Part shown: in pieces, positions 59,652 to 64,000 of the stretch | Numbering within the stretch: the stretch's first letter is position 1 | Layout of the letters: the number at the start of each line of letters is the position of its first letter | DNA from: an uncultured Nitrososphaeraceae archaeon | GTDB taxonomy: Archaea > Thermoproteota > Nitrososphaeria > Nitrososphaerales > Nitrososphaeraceae | Direction of reading: 5' to 3' | DNA: 64,000 nucleotides | Assembly: GCA_963837175.1 (NCBI GenBank) | Contig: CAWIMJ010000057.1 | Location: forward strand, 64,001 to 128,000 | Position numbers and translations under genes: made by a program | The notes under the pieces: generated by a model | What the model was told of the DNA's origin: nothing | What the model saw: only the letters and a program-made list of their open reading frames with translations | Database searches by the model: none

Positions 59652-59929
59652 TTTGCAATTTCTCGTATTTATTAAATTTATCGTTCTACTGGGGCCAATT
59701 ACTCTAGAAGATAATTCAGACGGAGTATCAACTCGTGTTCGTTGTCTGTATATCTGGTAGAATATTATCTCCATTATGTGATGAGTAGTTTTGGCAAAGT
59801 TGACATGCTGAATAGTACGTTTTGACATTATGACTTGTTTAACGTATCTGACAATTATCCGACGTAGTGCGAAATCCATTTTCTTCCACAACCCTTCTTC
59901 TATCTAATAATCCCATTATCGTGCCATAG

Positions 59930-60330
59930 TTTTTTTGACATACAGAATTGTTCATTTTGTTGATTTTTTTGTCGAGTGAAGCTGAGCCTTTAGTTTCAGA
60001 AACATATATGTTTGTGAAAAGTGATTATGCCTCTGGCCGTTGAAGGAGTGTTTTCCTTTGTTTTTTTACCTATTCACGTTAAATTTTTACAAAAACAAAT
60101 TTTTTTCTAATGAAGAATGAACACGGTATTGTTTTAATCCACCGTTCTATTCAATGCAAATCCAAAGTGCTATTTTGTCGCTCTTTTTAACATCTATCTA
60201 TGTGAATTTAGAATCTTTTCTCTCTGTATTATAATATCTTTTCCTTTCTGAATTCTTGCTTCCATTTCGATATAGAAATATGGCTTCTTTTTACAACTCG
60301 AGATAATGATCTTGCGGTATAATTCTGTCT
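59930..60330 (-). pseudogene. Second decayed IS6-like transposase relic
   Basis: Minus-strand fragments TARSLSRVVKRSHISISKWKQ, LWICIE, GKH and FLKLKAQLHS in the expected order. Confidence 0.55.
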
Positions 60331-60477
60331 GTCATTATAAATTGCTTTGATCTTTTTTATTTTTAAACGAAATTCTCTAATATTGGAACCACTGTTAACG
60401 GTATCTGTATAAAAGATTAATATTATTCTGGGAAGATGTTTTTACACTTATAAAGATCTAATATTTGTCATCTTTAA

Positions 60478-61395
60478 ATGACTATCACTATTATAGGCTC
60501 AGGAAAGGTTGGTGCGTCGGCTGCTTTAAATTGCGGTTTGAGAGAATTGGACAATGATTTATTACTATTAGATATTGTTCATGGACTCCCCCAAGGAGAG
60601 GCCATGGATATCAACCATACCCTATCAGAAAGGGGTTTGGATTGTTTAGCAAGAGGATCAAACAACTATGAAGAAATGAGAAATTCTGAATTCATTGTAT
60701 TAGTTGCTGGAGTTGGAAGAAAGCCCGGAATGACTAGAATGGACTTGCTGAAAACTAATGCAGGTATAGTTAAGGAAATTTGTTCAAAAATTGCCAATTA
60801 TTCCAGCGATACCACATTAATTGTTGTTACAAATCCACTGGATCCAATGACTTACCTCGCATTAAAAAATACAGGAATAAACAAAAACAAGGTTATGGGA
60901 ATGGGAGGAATGTTAGATCTGTCAAGGTTCAAAAGTTTTATTCGAGATGCCACAAAGACATCAAGAGCTTCAATTCAAGCAATGGTAATAAGCGAACACG
61001 GTGAGAATATGTTGCCTTTGACACGCTTTGCATCCATAGGCGGCATTCCACTAAATGAGTTCGTTCCGAATGAAATGTTAACTGAAATTTTTGAAAATAC
61101 AAAGAAAGTCGCTGCAGAAGTCATTAGCCTTAAAGGTGCTACTGTATATGCACCAGGAAACGCTGTTGCAACGATGATTGAAGCCGTAGTTAAAAACAAA
61201 AGGTCTGTTATTCCTGTGTCAACGCTTTTAGAGGGTGAGTATGGCTGCGAGGATGTATGCATAGGGGTACCAACTATAGTTGGTACAGAAGGAATACAAA
61301 AAATAATTGAACTTAAATTGAATAGCTATGAACAGGATATCTTTGATAAAGGCATTAGTAATGTTAAGCAAGCTATTAAGGCTCTTGAGTTGTAA
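60478..61395 (+). CDS. mdh: Malate dehydrogenase (LDH-like)
   Basis: GSGKVG, PQGEAMD, RKPGMTRMDL (MDH-specific loop), VTNPLD and EHGE motifs. Confidence 0.95.
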   Translation: MTITIIGSGKVGASAALNCGLRELDNDLLLLDIVHGLPQGEAMDINHTLSERGLDCLARGSNNYEEMRNSEFIVLVAGVGRKPGMTRMDLLKTNAGIVKEICSKIANYSSDTTLIVVTNPLDPMTYLALKNTGINKNKVMGMGGMLDLSRFKSFIRDATKTSRASIQAMVISEHGENMLPLTRFASIGGIPLNEFVPNEMLTEIFENTKKVAAEVISLKGATVYAPGNAVATMIEAVVKNKRSVIPVSTLLEGEYGCEDVCIGVPTIVGTEGIQKIIELKLNSYEQDIFDKGISNVKQAIKALEL

Positions 61396-61511
61396 ACTTT
61401 TTATCTGTATGTTTTGGGATTATTCCTAAGAATGGAGTTAGAGAAGGAGGAATACTTGCTAATGTATAGACTTTACGTCTATAAATTGCCATTTAGTGCA
61501 TGACATAGTCT

Positions 61512-61638
61512 CTACGATCCTTTTACTTTCCTCCTAAACTTAACAATACTTGTCTCCTTCTCAACTGCAAATTCCCATTCCAGTTTTTTCCATCTTTAAT
61601 TTTGAGTTGTCTTACTATTAATGCTGATATTGGTATGG
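61512..61638 (-). pseudogene. AbrB/MazE-like small gene remnant interrupted by the IS
   Basis: After removing the IS the minus strand reads ..TIPISALIVRQLKIKDG / KLEWEFAVEK..; frameshifted. Confidence 0.4.
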
Positions 61639-62630
61639 GGCTTTGTAGAAAACATGCTTTTGGATTCCGTCAAAGCTTTCTAGAATCATAATAGACTATG
61701 GATATTGAAGGAATCTAAGTATGTCAGACTAGCAAATACAATATGTATCGTGTTTTAAGGAATTCAAGAATACCACTGTTTCTTCATCGAAAGAGCAACC
61801 ATGTATTTAGCATATGGGCAGCATATAGTCTTGCTTGCTTACTATACGACATTATGAAGGTAAGAGTTATAGGATGTTTGTACAATGGTTGATAGAAGCA
61901 TATTATCTTAGAATATTTCTTTAATTATCCCATATTCCACATTATACTACTCTTCAGAAGTTTGCTGCAAGAATAAATGGTACATTATTGGAGAAGATAA
62001 TTTCCTCATTCATATTTTACTACTTACAAATATCAGAAAAATATTTACTGGAATAGATTCATCTGGATTTAAAGCAATCCATGCTTCTCAGTACTATGCA
62101 GAGAGAACAAAACTAAGGAGAAGAAAATACATCAAATTATCGTTAGGAGCAGATGTACTGAAACAGATAATTTGTATCATTAAAATCAGACGTGCACCAA
62201 AACGACACGATAATATAGATTTCCAACCACTTATAATAAAGATAGCCAAAACCCTGCCATTATCTGTTGTTACAGCCAATAAAGGATATGATAGTGAAGT
62301 GAAGATAATCATATGTATTAGTCAGGGAAATGCTCCATACGTTCAGTGTTACACCACCCACCCAGATACCAACGGGTATCAATATGGAGAACACACGGTA
62401 AATATAGGATAGGAAAACAAATGAAGCGCGGCTATTGTAAGGTGCTTTATAATCAGAGAAACAAAAACGAAACCATAATATCAGTCATAAAACGATTGTT
62501 TGGAGAACACATTACATCAAGACTAGTGAGAACACAAAACAGGGAATTATCATTCAGATGCATAGCCTACAATACCCACAGATTAACTAACTAACTAACC
62601 TTACTCTAATCACATGGTTTCTACAGAGCC
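61639..62630 (+). mobile_element. IS5-family insertion sequence (992 bp) with pseudogenised transposase
   Basis: TIRs GGCTTTGTAGAAAACATG / CATGGTTTCTACAGAGCC; 8-bp TSD TGGTATGG at 61631-61638 and 62631-62638; fragments IPHYTTLQKF, GIDSSGF, ANKGYDSE and YNQRNKNETIISVIKRLFG. Confidence 0.92.
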
Positions 62631-63214
62631 TGGTATGGTTTTATTTGTAAAGACAGAATTTATACTGACCTTTGGTTGCGATGGCGGTTGTCAAAGCACA
62701 AGCTGAGCAGCAAATAGAACACTACAGCCATAGTCGTCCTCAATAATATCTTGTTAATATTGGAGTGCAAATTTAAAGAAGTCCATCAGGAGGCGGACGA
62801 TAAACTGTTATGCATGTGTGTTGGTGATAATACCCAAAATTTACTCTGGGCAATATGATGTCCCATGAAATATTCTTTTTATGATTCTGTTCATAATTTC
62901 ATAGATGCGCGATTGTTTTATAATCAGATCACAATCTCTACATCCTTTATCTCAAATCGATTATCATAATATTCATCTAATTGGCATATCTATTTAGACT
63001 AGAGTTGGTCAGACCAAGTTAAACCCACATTCAAATGTTTGTCAAAGCTCAGGTTATTGTTGAAGACGTAACGCTAGTACTAATAATTCAATCCGTCACT
63101 ATGCCTAATCCTACAAACAATAGTTTCTTTGGTATAGACATTGTTTGATTAGATTCTTAATTTGTTGCTTATGGGTAAACACTCTTTCTAATTATGCGAC
63201 TACAACATTAAGAT

Positions 63215-63911
63215 CTATCTTATATCTCCTCCATCTGTTGTATTTTCTACAGACATACCTGCTGCAGTCGCTGCACTTTTTAATTCCTGAACCACACTTT
63301 CTAATGCCATCATAGCATCTTCATCATCTTTTACTGCAGTCATAGCTGTTTGTAAGTTGTCCAACATTGTCATCATAGAGCTTTGAGGAATCAGTACTGT
63401 AGCAGTTCTAGTAACTGCTGCACTTTTTAATTCCTGAACCACACTTTCTAATGCCATCATAGCATCTTCATCATCTTTTACTGCAGTCATAGCTGTTTGT
63501 AAGTTGTCCAACATTGTCATCATAGAGCTTTGAGGAATCACTACCGTAGCACTTTGATTAGCTCGCTTCACCTACTACCCTAAAACCTGATGGAGGACGG
63601 ATAGTTGCTGATGATAGAGGAGGAGTAGTTTCTGGTGTTGGTGGTGCTGGAGTAGTTGATGATAGAGGAGGAGACCTTCCTGGTGTTGGTGGTGCTGGAG
63701 TAGTTGATGGTGCTGCACTAGTTCCTGGTGTTGGTGGTGGTGGTGATTGGCGTCGTAGCACTTGACCTTGGACTCCAATTTGTAATGTTGGAATAAGAGA
63801 TATTCCGGTTATTAATACAATGGACAATACAATAACTCCTAGTTTTAAAGAGAATTTTTTAAGCTTCATAATACTATAATACCTCGAATGGAATATAAGC
63901 TCATCTGACAT
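63215..63911 (-). CDS. Secreted protein with Pro/Thr-rich linker and duplicated Met-rich helical unit, split by a 1-bp insertion at about 63564
   Basis: Signal or TM segment, PPPPTPGTS repeats; removing one base joins VVGEAANQSATVV. Confidence 0.7.
63270..63540. repeat. Exact 124-bp direct repeat (63270-63393 and 63417-63540; period 147 bp)
   Basis: Direct comparison of the two copies. Confidence 0.95.
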
Positions 63912-64000
63912 CTGAAAGTGGCGAAAGAATGATGTTTTTGTACTAGAAAATATAAATAGCTATTTTAGACTTTATCGAATTTGGAGATGTTGGTAAATAG

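Noticed and set aside
59613-59891. 92-aa minus-strand ORF and an alternative frame with CQI/CQLC motifs and an internal stop
   Set aside because: May be a decayed Zn-finger gene, but the evidence is too thin
1427-63778. Many short ORFs antisense to or overlapping well-supported genes (e.g. 1427-1699, 6342-6815, 40728-41039, 63575-63778)
   Set aside because: Shadow ORFs of real genes with no motifs; the poly-His/Gln ORF at 63575-63778 is an off-frame reading of the Pro/Thr linker

Overview
AT-rich archaeal chromosome segment, most consistent with a soil-type ammonia-oxidising archaeon (Nitrososphaeraceae, Thaumarchaeota). The evidence is an unsplit RpoA, the acetyl/propionyl-CoA carboxylase of the 3HP/4HB cycle, a PEFG-CTERM protein, the archaeal PoK/PPS CoA pathway and G1P dehydrogenase. 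Most of the window is housekeeping: nre, an ABC-2 pair, RPA, Lhr, a ThiI-like thiolase, sepF, an aCPSF1-like nuclease, TRAM, egsA, slyD, the CoA cluster, ychF-kae1/bud32, rdgB, taw1, an intron-containing tRNA-His, rpoH-B-A-L30e-nusA-S12-S7, rfcL, acc genes, iscS-larE-larC and mdh. It also holds one decayed IS5-family element with intact ends and an 8-bp target duplication, and two IS6-like relics. Main unexplained observations: (1) many long intergenic regions contain nested stems and multi-hairpin folds whose G-U pairs favour one strand; the clearest is a 124-nt five-way junction at 26817-26940, suggesting a dispersed set of unannotated structured RNAs or MITE-like elements; (2) three split genes are each repaired by removing one G from a CGAG on the coding strand, pointing to a systematic sequencing artefact; (3) the Lhr helicase needs a non-canonical, probably CTG, start codon; (4) a PurF-like protein and an aCPSF1-like protein carry degenerate functional motifs. 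All calls are from reading motifs by eye; no searches or folding programs were run.
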